From Candidatus Eiseniibacteriota bacterium (GTDB lineage: Bacteria > Eisenbacteria > RBG-16-71-46 > CAZAMP01), in NCBI GenBank assembly GCA_965224245.1, contig OZ245046.1, positions 5,056,001 through 5,120,000 on the forward strand: a stretch of DNA of 64,000 nucleotides, read 5' to 3'. Within the stretch, counting starts at the first letter, position 1, and each line of letters starts with the position of its first letter. The notes under the pieces were generated by a model. The model did not search any database and was not told the origin of the DNA. It saw nothing but the letters and a program-made list of their open reading frames with translations. Shown here one piece after another: positions 46,952-56,400 of this stretch. Position numbers and translations under genes: made by a program.

Positions 46952-48081
46952 CGACCTCCCGAGTCCTGATCGCCGCTGCGGCCGTGATCGCCACGCCCGC
47001 CGACGCCGATCTCCTCGACGTGGACGAGCAGAGGGCCGACTACCTGTTTCGCTACTTCGCCGATTCCGACCACGTGCACGTGTTCTCGCACTACGGGGAG
47101 TATGCGATCTCCCTCGAGAGCGACGCCCGGCTCGAGCTCTACTGGAACCGCGAGTCGCTGGTGATTCCCGGAATCGACGCGCCGGCCGGGAGCGCCGAGG
47201 CCGTGGATGCGATCACGACCGCGAGCCGGCCGATCGCCAGCGGGGGCGATGCGTTCCGCGACTACACGAAGGTGCGCAACGAGGTCCAGGGCGGGGTCGC
47301 GTACCGGCGGACCACGCTCGGCTACTACGTCTCGACCGAGAGCGACTACTTCGCCCAGCAGGTGACGCTGCGCCTGGATCGCGACCTGCTCGCGGAGACG
47401 CTGAACCTGGCCGCCGGCGGCAGCTACGGATGGGACGTCATCGATCCCCTCGAGGACGCGGACGGGGCCACGCCGGCCGATCACAAGAACACGTGGCACG
47501 GCAACCTGGTGGCCACGATCATCGTCTCACCCACCACGTTGCTCCGGATGGGGGGCGAGCTGACCGTGGTCGACGGTCTCCAGCACAACCCGTATCGCAA
47601 CGTGTACGCCGGTGGCGGGCCCGAGCTCGAGCGACACCCGGATCACCGCGAGCGCCGCGATCTCTTCCTGAAGCTGAGTCAGTACTTTCGCAATCGATCC
47701 AGCGCTCGCGTGGACTATCGGCTCTACGCGGACGACTGGGGGGTGTCGTCCCGGACCTTCGGCGCGCGTCTTCATCAGTACCTGACCGACGCGCTCAGGG
47801 TGCGGTACCGGTACCGCTACTACGATCAGAGCGCCGCGGACTTCCATCGCGAGGAGTACGAGAGCCCGGATGGAATCGATGGACTTCGCACCGGCGACTA
47901 CCGGCTGTCCGCGATGACGTCCCATCTCTTCGGAACGCGGGTCACGCTGGATCTACGCGCGATGTCGACGTCGTCGCCGGTGCTCCAGAGGTTCGAGCTG
48001 GCCGTCGGCTACGAGCGCTACTTCAACTCCAACAACTTCTCGGCAAACGTGTTCGAGTCCGGGCTGACCTACCGGTTCTAG
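46942..48081 (+). CDS. DUF3570 outer-membrane barrel protein
   Basis: GTG-CAA-CTG start overlaps the DUF4266 end; VDAITTAS, S.E.DY, NPYR.V, E.HPD.R.R, YRLY.DDWGV, RYRYY.QS.ADF, DYRLS, terminal YRF. Confidence 0.85.
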   Translation: MQLTTSRVLIAAAAVIATPADADLLDVDEQRADYLFRYFADSDHVHVFSHYGEYAISLESDARLELYWNRESLVIPGIDAPAGSAEAVDAITTASRPIASGGDAFRDYTKVRNEVQGGVAYRRTTLGYYVSTESDYFAQQVTLRLDRDLLAETLNLAAGGSYGWDVIDPLEDADGATPADHKNTWHGNLVATIIVSPTTLLRMGGELTVVDGLQHNPYRNVYAGGGPELERHPDHRERRDLFLKLSQYFRNRSSARVDYRLYADDWGVSSRTFGARLHQYLTDALRVRYRYRYYDQSAADFHREEYESPDGIDGLRTGDYRLSAMTSHLFGTRVTLDLRAMSTSSPVLQRFELAVGYERYFNSNNFSANVFESGLTYRF

Positions 48082-48130
48082 CCCCGGCGCGCGCCGCGTG
48101 CGCGCGACCCCTTCCAACAGGAGGAAGGCC

Positions 48131-49765
48131 ATGAAGCGAGTCGTATTCGGACCGCTGGCGCTGGCGGTCGTCATGGTCGGACCGGCGACGGGAGGGACGT
48201 TCGAGCGATCCCAGCTGTCTCCCGAGCACGGGATCGACGCGGTGACCCGGGCAGTGGCGCGCGAGACCGTGAATCGGGATCTGTTCTCGCGACCGCACTC
48301 AAGCGTTCTCGTGGGCAACGTGGACGTGTACGACACGTTCCCGTACCTGGAAGCGCGATACGTACAGGTCGTGTCGGATCCGGGCTGGAACCGTCTGCTG
48401 TACGGGGAGATCGGCAAGAGCCTGTCGGCCGCCGACGGTCTGGCGGATCCTCACGGACTGGCGGTGGACGCGCGCGGGCGCGTGTACGTGGCCGACACCG
48501 GCAACGATCGGGTCGTGGCGTACGACCTCTCCTACGAGTTCGACGACGTGCACCTGGTGCCCCGGTTCACGGTGGACGACCTGCGCCGTCCCTACGACGT
48601 CGCGGTGTCGGACGGGGGGACACCCTTCGACCCGTCGGACGACCGGCTCTACGTGGCCGACACCGGTCGCAACCGGGTCGCCGCGTTCTCGCTCGGCGAG
48701 AACGGGGCCACGCTCGCGAGCGCAATCGGCGGGCTCGGCAGCGGCACGGGCCGACTGGCCGGCCCGATGGCGATCGCCGTCGGACACCGGAACGGCGTGT
48801 GCACGACCGACGTGTACGTCGCCGACGCACACACGCGGCGCCTGATTCGTCTTCGGGACGGCGCCGACGGTCTCTCCTGGGTGTCCGAGCACCGGCACCA
48901 GGCCGACCTCGTCTCGTCGCTCGACACCGATCACTGGGGCAACGTCTACGCGAGCGAGCCCGGGACCGACACCGTTCGCAAGTACACGCCGGGCCTGTAC
49001 GAGGTGGCCGCGCTCCGTGATGGGCTCGTGCGCCCGCGGGACTTCCACGTGCCGTTCGTCACGGTGCGGGACCACCGCGACGGCTCGGTGACGCGATCGG
49101 GCGAAGCCGGCGGCCTCGTGGTGGAGCAGTGGGCGAGCGACAGCGGCGTCCGCCTGTTCTCGCTGGGGACCGAGGCGACCGATCTCAGCGTGGAGGCCGA
49201 TGCCGGGCTCAGCGCGCGTTTCGTCCTCACCGATCCCGCCGACGTGCGCGTCACGGTCACCGATGCGGCGAACGGCGAGCGCGTCGCCGAGCATCAGGCG
49301 GGTCGACTGGAGGCGGGACCGCAGACCGTGTCGTTCAGCGCCGGGGACTTCGTGCGCCCTCTCGGTGACGGCGACTACCTGATGCGCGTGACGTCGCACT
49401 CGGGCTACGCGTCCGGCGGATCGGACGTGGCCCAGGTCAGCTTCCGCTTCGGTGAGGAGGGTCTCGTGCTGACGCCGACGCGGCCGCTCCTCCTGGGCAA
49501 CCACCCGAACCCGTTCAACCCGACCACACGCGTGCAGGTGCTGGTGCCAGAGAACGCAATCGGGACGCGCGCGGAGTTCCGCGTCTTCGACACGCGGGGC
49601 CGTCTCGTCCATGCGACCGAGCGCGACGTCTCGTCGGCCGGGCTACAGGCATTCGACTGGGATGGCTCGTCACGAGGCGGTCTGGACGCCTCGGCCGGCG
49701 TGTACTTCTACGAGGTCGCGGTGGCCGACGAGCATCTCGACGGCCGAATGGTGCTGATCCGATGA
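48131..49765 (+). CDS. Secreted NHL-repeat propeller with tandem FlgD-Ig-like C-terminal domains
   Basis: Signal peptide; repeated P.GLAVD..G.VYVADTGN.RV; GNHPNPFNPTT...FD.RGRLV...WDG...AGVYFY...RMVLIR. Confidence 0.85.
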   Translation: MKRVVFGPLALAVVMVGPATGGTFERSQLSPEHGIDAVTRAVARETVNRDLFSRPHSSVLVGNVDVYDTFPYLEARYVQVVSDPGWNRLLYGEIGKSLSAADGLADPHGLAVDARGRVYVADTGNDRVVAYDLSYEFDDVHLVPRFTVDDLRRPYDVAVSDGGTPFDPSDDRLYVADTGRNRVAAFSLGENGATLASAIGGLGSGTGRLAGPMAIAVGHRNGVCTTDVYVADAHTRRLIRLRDGADGLSWVSEHRHQADLVSSLDTDHWGNVYASEPGTDTVRKYTPGLYEVAALRDGLVRPRDFHVPFVTVRDHRDGSVTRSGEAGGLVVEQWASDSGVRLFSLGTEATDLSVEADAGLSARFVLTDPADVRVTVTDAANGERVAEHQAGRLEAGPQTVSFSAGDFVRPLGDGDYLMRVTSHSGYASGGSDVAQVSFRFGEEGLVLTPTRPLLLGNHPNPFNPTTRVQVLVPENAIGTRAEFRVFDTRGRLVHATERDVSSAGLQAFDWDGSSRGGLDASAGVYFYEVAVADEHLDGRMVLIR

Positions 49766-50391
49766 GGACGAGGACGGCGTGCGCCTCCGAGCGCCGCGCC
49801 GGGGGACGGCGTCGCGTCCGCGCGGCGCTGCTCCTGGCCGGCGTGCTCGTGACCGGATGCCTCGGAGAGCCCGAGCTCGAGGATCGCTGGACGCGGATCG
49901 ATCTCGACGAGACGTCGCTGGAGTCCGGCCAGGAGATCGCGACCGGCACGCCCACCTCGGTGCGGTGCACGGGCGCGGTGACGTTCCGGTCCGTCCTGAC
50001 CGGGTTCCTCGTGACCGAGGTACGCGTGAGCAGCTCGATGACGTCGGACGCCGTGGGGCTCGATCCCGACGGCCCACGCCTCGACATGGCCCACGACGTG
50101 GACGACATCCTGGCGAGCTCGGTGACGGCCGGACGGGCGGTGCGGGCGATGACCGGCTGGGATCACCTGATCTTCCCGTTCGATCTCACGTTCGACGCGA
50201 CCGTGCCCGCGGTGTCGGACTCCGGAGCGACCGTCGGTGCCTTCCTCGTGACGTACATGGGCGAGGGGGAGGAGATCGAGCTGGAGAACGGCTCGGACTC
50301 CCTCGTCGTGACGCCGTTTCCGTCCGAGGACTACCAGATCCTCCCGATCGGTCTGCCATTGGCCCCGAGCACCGGGGCGCGCGCATGGTGA
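49762..50391 (+). CDS. Hypothetical lipoprotein
   Basis: ATGA overlap, lipobox LVTGC, beta-rich mature part. Confidence 0.7.
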   Translation: MRTRTACASERRAGGRRRVRAALLLAGVLVTGCLGEPELEDRWTRIDLDETSLESGQEIATGTPTSVRCTGAVTFRSVLTGFLVTEVRVSSSMTSDAVGLDPDGPRLDMAHDVDDILASSVTAGRAVRAMTGWDHLIFPFDLTFDATVPAVSDSGATVGAFLVTYMGEGEEIELENGSDSLVVTPFPSEDYQILPIGLPLAPSTGARAW

Positions 50392-51059
50392 CGATACGGC
50401 GCGCGCTCGTACCGCTGGGACTCGCGGCGCTGGCCGTCACCGTGGCCGCCGGACCGTCGCGCGCGGGCACGACGTCCCGCGTCTCGGTGGATGGCTTCGT
50501 CGGCCCCACCTCGCTCGACACGTCGTTCGCGAGCTACCGGTGGGACGTGGGACCGCGCGCGAGCTGGACGGCCCGAATCCGGGCCCGACGGGGCCGCATG
50601 GCCGTGGCCGCGCGCATCGGCCGGACGCACGCCACGCAGGCCAGCGGCATTCCCGGCGCGGATGCCGACGTGTCCGTCGCGCTGACGTCGCTCGATCTCC
50701 AGGCTCAGCTTCGGCTCTTTTCCATCGCCCGCTGCGACGCGATGGCGCATCTCGCCAGCGGACGCATGCATCTGGGGTGGCGTCCCGATGAATCCGAGGT
50801 CGCACTGCCCGGCTCCGGCGAACGCGTCTCGGTTCGCTACGCGCCCGTGGACGAGTGGGTCGCGTCGGTCGGGATGTCGCTGGAACGGGACGTGACCGCC
50901 TCCATGGCCGCCGTCGTGGAGGTGGAGGGGCAGTGGTTCGATCTCGACACGATGCACCGGGCGGGTGGCAGCCTCGAGTCGGGTCGCGAGCGGTTCGGTA
51001 ACTGGGCGCTGCGGGTGGGTCTGTCGTGGACTCCGTGGTCGCCGGCAGGGGGCTCTTGA
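50385..51059 (+). CDS. Putative outer-membrane beta-barrel protein
   Basis: Signal peptide, alternating amphipathic strands, C-terminal W.LRVGLSW strand. Confidence 0.6.
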   Translation: MVTIRRALVPLGLAALAVTVAAGPSRAGTTSRVSVDGFVGPTSLDTSFASYRWDVGPRASWTARIRARRGRMAVAARIGRTHATQASGIPGADADVSVALTSLDLQAQLRLFSIARCDAMAHLASGRMHLGWRPDESEVALPGSGERVSVRYAPVDEWVASVGMSLERDVTASMAAVVEVEGQWFDLDTMHRAGGSLESGRERFGNWALRVGLSWTPWSPAGGS

Positions 51060-51061
51060 CG

Positions 51062-52000
51062 ATGTGGAACGACTCTCACCTCGAGATCCGCGGCATCGGC
51101 TCCGTCCGGCACGCGATCGCGTTCCGGCGCCGGCTGACGGCGTCGATCGTGTCGATCGCGTCGATCGCGGCGGCCGCATCGTCGTCGGTCGCGACGACCG
51201 GCGACGTGTCGGGCCCGCCGGCCGACGACTCCTCCCGACCGACGCGCGACGCCGCGGCGCTGGAGCGGCAGATCCGTCAAACCCGCGATGCGAAGCGCGT
51301 TCGCGTGACCGACGACAACGCCGTGGTTCGGACCGGCCCCGGCGACGCTTTCGCGCTGGCCGGCGTCTTCTCGGAGGGAACGTCGTTCTCCGTGCTCGCC
51401 AAGCGTGACGACTGGTACAACGTACATCTGTCGGTCACCGAGACCGGGTGGATCCACGCCTCGCTGTGCGAGGAGTACGACGACCTCTCCGCGCTCGACT
51501 TCCGACCGAACCCGCGGCTCTACTCCCGCATCGGAACCTTCGTGGTGACCGGACACGCCGGCGCCTACGGCTTCGATCGGAAGTCCAACTCGCTCGTCCT
51601 GGGAGGTCGCGTCGGCTACTACGTCTTCGATTTCGTCGAGATCGAGGGCGGCGTGGCCTGGACGCACATCGACCGCCCGCGCGAGATCGTCGAGTCGCTC
51701 TTCGATCTCTCGCTCGAGAGCGAGGCATTCCACATGCTCACGTACAACATGAACGTGACGATGGAGATTCTGCCCGGTCGTCAGATGGTCCCGTTCGTCA
51801 CCGGCGGCGTCGGCTCGACCATCATGCAGGGCGACACCGAGCCCACGCTCAACTTCGGCGCGGGCACGATGCTCTTTCTCTCCAAGCGTGCGGCGATGCG
51901 CTGGGAGTTCCGCAACCATCGGTTCGAGTCCGGATCGCAGGCCGCTCGACGCCGGTTCAACAACGTCGAGTTCACGCTCGGTACGGCCTACCTGTTCTAG
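51062..52000 (+). CDS. Bacterial SH3 domain fused to an outer-membrane beta-barrel
   Basis: VRTGPG.....G...G..F.VL....WY.V......GWI (SH3b); VPFV.GGVG, NFGAG, terminal LG.AYLF. Confidence 0.8.
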   Translation: MWNDSHLEIRGIGSVRHAIAFRRRLTASIVSIASIAAAASSSVATTGDVSGPPADDSSRPTRDAAALERQIRQTRDAKRVRVTDDNAVVRTGPGDAFALAGVFSEGTSFSVLAKRDDWYNVHLSVTETGWIHASLCEEYDDLSALDFRPNPRLYSRIGTFVVTGHAGAYGFDRKSNSLVLGGRVGYYVFDFVEIEGGVAWTHIDRPREIVESLFDLSLESEAFHMLTYNMNVTMEILPGRQMVPFVTGGVGSTIMQGDTEPTLNFGAGTMLFLSKRAAMRWEFRNHRFESGSQAARRRFNNVEFTLGTAYLF

Positions 52001-52009
52001 GAGTCATCG

Positions 52010-52576
52010 ATGACGGCGAGACGATTGCTGGCCGCCTTCGCGGTCGCCGGCCTCTGGATCACGCTCGGACAGCCGGTGGCGGTCGCCGGAGACGCCGACG
52101 CGCAGCGTGCCCGACGCGCGCTCTCGGTGGCGGAGGCCGCCGCCAACGCCTGGGCCGGCGACGCCGTGCTCGTGTACGTCGAGAACGACGAGGACCTCGA
52201 CGCGGACGGTCGATCCACGCGCTGGGGATATCTGTACCACTCTCCCGGCCGGAACATGTCCCGTGTGTACTCGATCCACGAGGACGACATCGTGGTGGCG
52301 TCGGATCTGGACATGGCCTTCGCAGCTCCGCCGGTGGCCAGCGCATGGATCGACAGTGACCACGCGCTCCGGGCCGCCGAGACGGAGTCCGGTGCCGCCT
52401 TCCGGGCGGAGAGCGGCGGTGCACTCTCCCACATGGTGCTCGTGCGCGGCGTGTTCGATCTCGAGCGCCCCGACGCCACGACCTGGACCGTCGTCTACAC
52501 GGCACCGGATGCTCCCTCGCTGTTCGTCGTCGTCGACGCGACGACGGGTCGCGTCACCCGAACCTATCGAGGCTGA
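52010..52576 (+). CDS. Exported PepSY-like protein
   Basis: Signal peptide, DS..AL..AE, W.V.Y......VVDATTG.V. Confidence 0.6.
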   Translation: MTARRLLAAFAVAGLWITLGQPVAVAGDADAQRARRALSVAEAAANAWAGDAVLVYVENDEDLDADGRSTRWGYLYHSPGRNMSRVYSIHEDDIVVASDLDMAFAAPPVASAWIDSDHALRAAETESGAAFRAESGGALSHMVLVRGVFDLERPDATTWTVVYTAPDAPSLFVVVDATTGRVTRTYRG

Positions 52577-52579
52577 TCG

Positions 52580-53449
52580 ATGGCGACCTTCGGCAAGATG
52601 CCGGTGCTCGGTGCGCTGCTCTCCGGCGTCGTGCTGGCGACGGCGATCCCGACCGAGGCGAACGACGAGATCTCCGCCAGCCTTCACGAGGTGACGGTGA
52701 AGGTGGAGCGCCGGAAGCCCGAGCGCGAGAAGCACCCGACGCTGCACTTCCTCCGGGCGAATCGGGCGTTCATCCGGGCACAGCTGGATCGTCTCCGGGT
52801 CCGGCCGCTGGAGACGGACGCGTCGGCCGACGCGCTCTCGCCGAGTCACGTCCGTCACCAGGAGATGATGGCGGCGATCGCGTCGGCGACCGATGCGCTG
52901 GCCGCCGAGCGCGCGTCGTTCGACGATCACGATCTGCTTGCGCGCATCGACGATCTGGCCCGGATCGACGCCCAGCTCGGCAGGCTCGACGCGCTCCTCG
53001 CGGAGCAGCGCGCGCGCCTGGCCGAGATCGAGGCGCACTTCGTCGACGCACAGACCACCGCGTTGATGCTCATCGTACGCGGGCTGCCCGACGGCACCGT
53101 GCCCACCCAGATGGTGGTGGTGGACGACGGTGGGGCGGTGACGCGGGTCGACGTGCCCGATGGCGCGCGAGCGTCGCTCGAGAACGGCGGACTCATGGAG
53201 GTCTACCACGAGTACGCCGAGCCCCGTGAGCAGTCGTGGCGGGTGTCGTTCGTGTCGGCCGGCGGCGTCGAGTCGGATCCGCGCTACGTGACGCTCCGTC
53301 CCGAAGCCGGACGTCTGACGTTCGTGGAGCTGGATCTGACGACGTGGGCCGACGAGTCGGCGCTGGTCGCCAGAGCCTGGCTGGACGCGCCTCTCGGGGC
53401 CGCCGAGGCCGTGGCCGAGCGACCGGCGGCGGAGGAGCGACGTCCGTGA
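52580..53449 (+). CDS. Exported coiled-coil plus beta-sandwich protein of Glt-like clusters
   Basis: Signal peptide, heptad region, SL..GG...VY segment; GTGA overlap with the giant TPR gene. Confidence 0.6.
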   Translation: MATFGKMPVLGALLSGVVLATAIPTEANDEISASLHEVTVKVERRKPEREKHPTLHFLRANRAFIRAQLDRLRVRPLETDASADALSPSHVRHQEMMAAIASATDALAAERASFDDHDLLARIDDLARIDAQLGRLDALLAEQRARLAEIEAHFVDAQTTALMLIVRGLPDGTVPTQMVVVDDGGAVTRVDVPDGARASLENGGLMEVYHEYAEPREQSWRVSFVSAGGVESDPRYVTLRPEAGRLTFVELDLTTWADESALVARAWLDAPLGAAEAVAERPAAEERRP

Positions 53450-56400
53450 CGTCGGTCTCATTCTCTCGTCTCGCACGGCTGCTCTCCTGCGTCGGCGCCG
53501 GGGTCGCGATCGGCCAGCTTGCGGTCGCCAGCGTCGCGAACGGGGCGCCGGGCGAGGCCCCCGAGCCCGAGACCGCCGACGCCGCACGGCCGTCATCGAT
53601 CGCGTGGCCGGCCACCGTCGACCCGGACGCGGTCCAATTCGGTCTGGCACTCACGGCCGCGCGGGTGGCCGGACCGGCCCGCGTGGCCGAGATCCTGGAG
53701 GGCCTGAACGTGGCGTCGGCGTCGTTCGAGGGAGCCGACCGCGCCGCGTTCCTCCTCGCGAACGCGTATCTGGAGACCGGTGACGTCCCGGCGTTCCTCG
53801 CCCTCGCGACGGCGCTGACCGATCGCAATCCGCGATCGCCGTACTCGCACTGGATCGCGACACTGCAGGCGATGCTCACCGGCCGGCCGCGCGAGACCGG
53901 CTCGGTGCGGGATGCGCTCGACGACGTGGCCGGTGCGACCGGAGCCCTCCTGGAGTCGCTGGCCTCCCGGGCGGCCACGACGCCGCTCGATGTCGAGCTG
54001 TCGGCGCTTGCGGCACTCGAGCTGGCGAGGCGTGACGTCGCCACCGGCGGCGATCCGACCTCGCGCCTGCTCGCGGTTCCGTCGGCGTCCGTCCACGCTG
54101 CGCGTGCCCGGCACGTGGCGGCCGCGTGGTTGTACGAGGCGGGTCGGCCCGCCGCGGCACGGGGCGTGCTCGACACGCTTCTCGTCGCCGATCCCGACTA
54201 CGCCGATCGGCGAGACGCCGAGCTTCTCCTGGCCGCGATCCTCACCGATGCTGCCGACTGGGAGCGTGCGCTCTCTCGATACTCGGCGATCGACGAGGAC
54301 TGGCGTCGTGAGGACGCCGAGCTCCGCGAGATCGAATCCGACGCCGACTGGGATGCCCTCTGGACGAGGTGGCGCGGCCAGGGAGAGGAGACGATCGCAT
54401 TCGACGGCGATCGGATCGAGGTCGAGCGGCGTGCCGCCGTCGAGCACGCCCTGGTGCCCCGCAGCCCCTCGCCGGACGAGCCCTCTCGCGCGGAGCTGGT
54501 GCCGACGGGCGCGCGCCCACGGGGGGCGCGGGTGCCCGCCCCCGGCGACGACGAGCTGCGCGAGGTGGCCGATCTCGCCCTCACCATCGGGGAGCGTGAG
54601 TCCGAGCGCACACGCCTCTTCGTACGCATGGCCGATCTCGAGGCCGACGCGGCCCGGCGTGCCCGCCACGCCGCCCGCGGCGGCGCACGTCTCGACGAGA
54701 CGCGCGCAGCCCTGGGCGCGGGCGTGGACGAGCTCGAGTCGCTGGCAGCGACGCTGGACGCGCTCGCGGTCGAGCTGGGTGCGGTGCGCGACGACGCGAT
54801 CGGGGTGTTCACCGCACGGGCCGGTCGAATGGCTCGTGCGGCCCGCAGCGCGGTCGTCACGCTGGAGGCGCTGGATCGGTTCTACGTCGGGGGTCCGAAC
54901 CTCCGGAGGGCGACGCCGTCTCCTCCCGGTGTCCCGTCCCCATCGGAGGTGCTGGCGAGCGAGGCCGAGCTGGCCGCGGAGCTGGGGACGTTCTGCGACC
55001 GCCTGACGCGGGACGTGGCCGATCTCATCGCACGCTCGCACGACGAGGCGTGGCGCCCGGGGCTCGTGGACTCCGCGCGAACGCTGCTCGCCCGCGGGCA
55101 CGCACTCCTGCAGGACGAGACGGGACTCGCCGCGCGCGTGCGGGTCGCCGGCGACGATCACGGCGCGGCGGCCGCCGTTCGTGGCCGGCTGGCGGCGCTG
55201 GACGGTGAGCTGTCGAGGCTGCGTGCCCGCCGGGCCGAGGTCCGCGAGGCGACCGCGCGCCACGCGATCGACGTCCGCCGCCGGGCGCTCGCGTCCGAGC
55301 GAGAGGCCATCGACTACGGTCTGGCGACCGCGACGTACTGGTGCTCGCGCGGAGCGGAGCCGGGGCCGGGCGCACGGGCCGGCGAGCGCGAGGCGATCGC
55401 GCGCTACGGTGCCTTCCTCGTCCACTACCCCGAGAGCGGGGCCCGCGGGGAGGTCCGGTTCAACCTCGCCGACCTCGAGCTCAGCGCGGCACGGCGGGCG
55501 TTTCGCGAGACGATGGCGCGCTACGTCGAGGAGCACGCCATGGACGATGCGCAGGCCGGGAAGGTGTCGGCCCTGTTCGTCGACGTTTCGCCGGCGCTGG
55601 CGCTCTACGACGCGATCCTGGCCGAGGACCCGGGCTTCGCACACCGGGACGCCGTTCTCTTCAACGCGGGGATGCTGCTGGCCGACCAGGGAGACCCCCG
55701 GGCCGAGTCACACCTGGAGGCGCTGGTCACCGAGCACCCGAGCTCGGAGTTTCATCAGGAGGCCCAGCTGCGGCTCGGCGATCTCGCGTTCGATCGGGCG
55801 AGCTACCTGCGCGCCGCCCCCGCCTACGAGGCGGCCGCGTGCGGTGACGATGCCGGTCACGCGGCGATCGCGCTGTACAAGCTCGGATGGTCTCACTTCA
55901 ACGTCGACGCGTTCGAGGCGGCGGCCGATGCGTTTCGCCGCTTGCTGGACCTCTACGACACCACCGACGTCCGGGACGTGGGCGCCGATCTTCGAGTCGA
56001 GGCCGAGGATTACCTGGTGCACGCACTCTCCCGGGCCGGTGGAGCGGACGCCTTCGCGGCGTACTTCGGCTCGATCGGCCCGCGCGACTACGAGCCGCGC
56101 GTCCTGGATCGGCTCGCCCGGCTCCTTCGCCGGTTCAGCCTCTACTCCGAGTCCATCGCCGCCGATCGTCTCTTCACCGAACGCTACCCCACGCGGCCCG
56201 GAGCGCTGGTCAGCGCGGCGCGCATCGTGGATGCGTACGCGGCCCGGAACGAGCCCGAGCGCGCGCACGAGGCCCGGCTCTGGTTCGCGCCGATGTTCGC
56301 GCCGGGCTCACAGTGGCGTGCCGCGAACGCCGATGCGGACTCGATTCGCACCGCCGGTGAGACGTTCGCACGGGACGCCTGGAAGACGGTCGCCTTCGAA

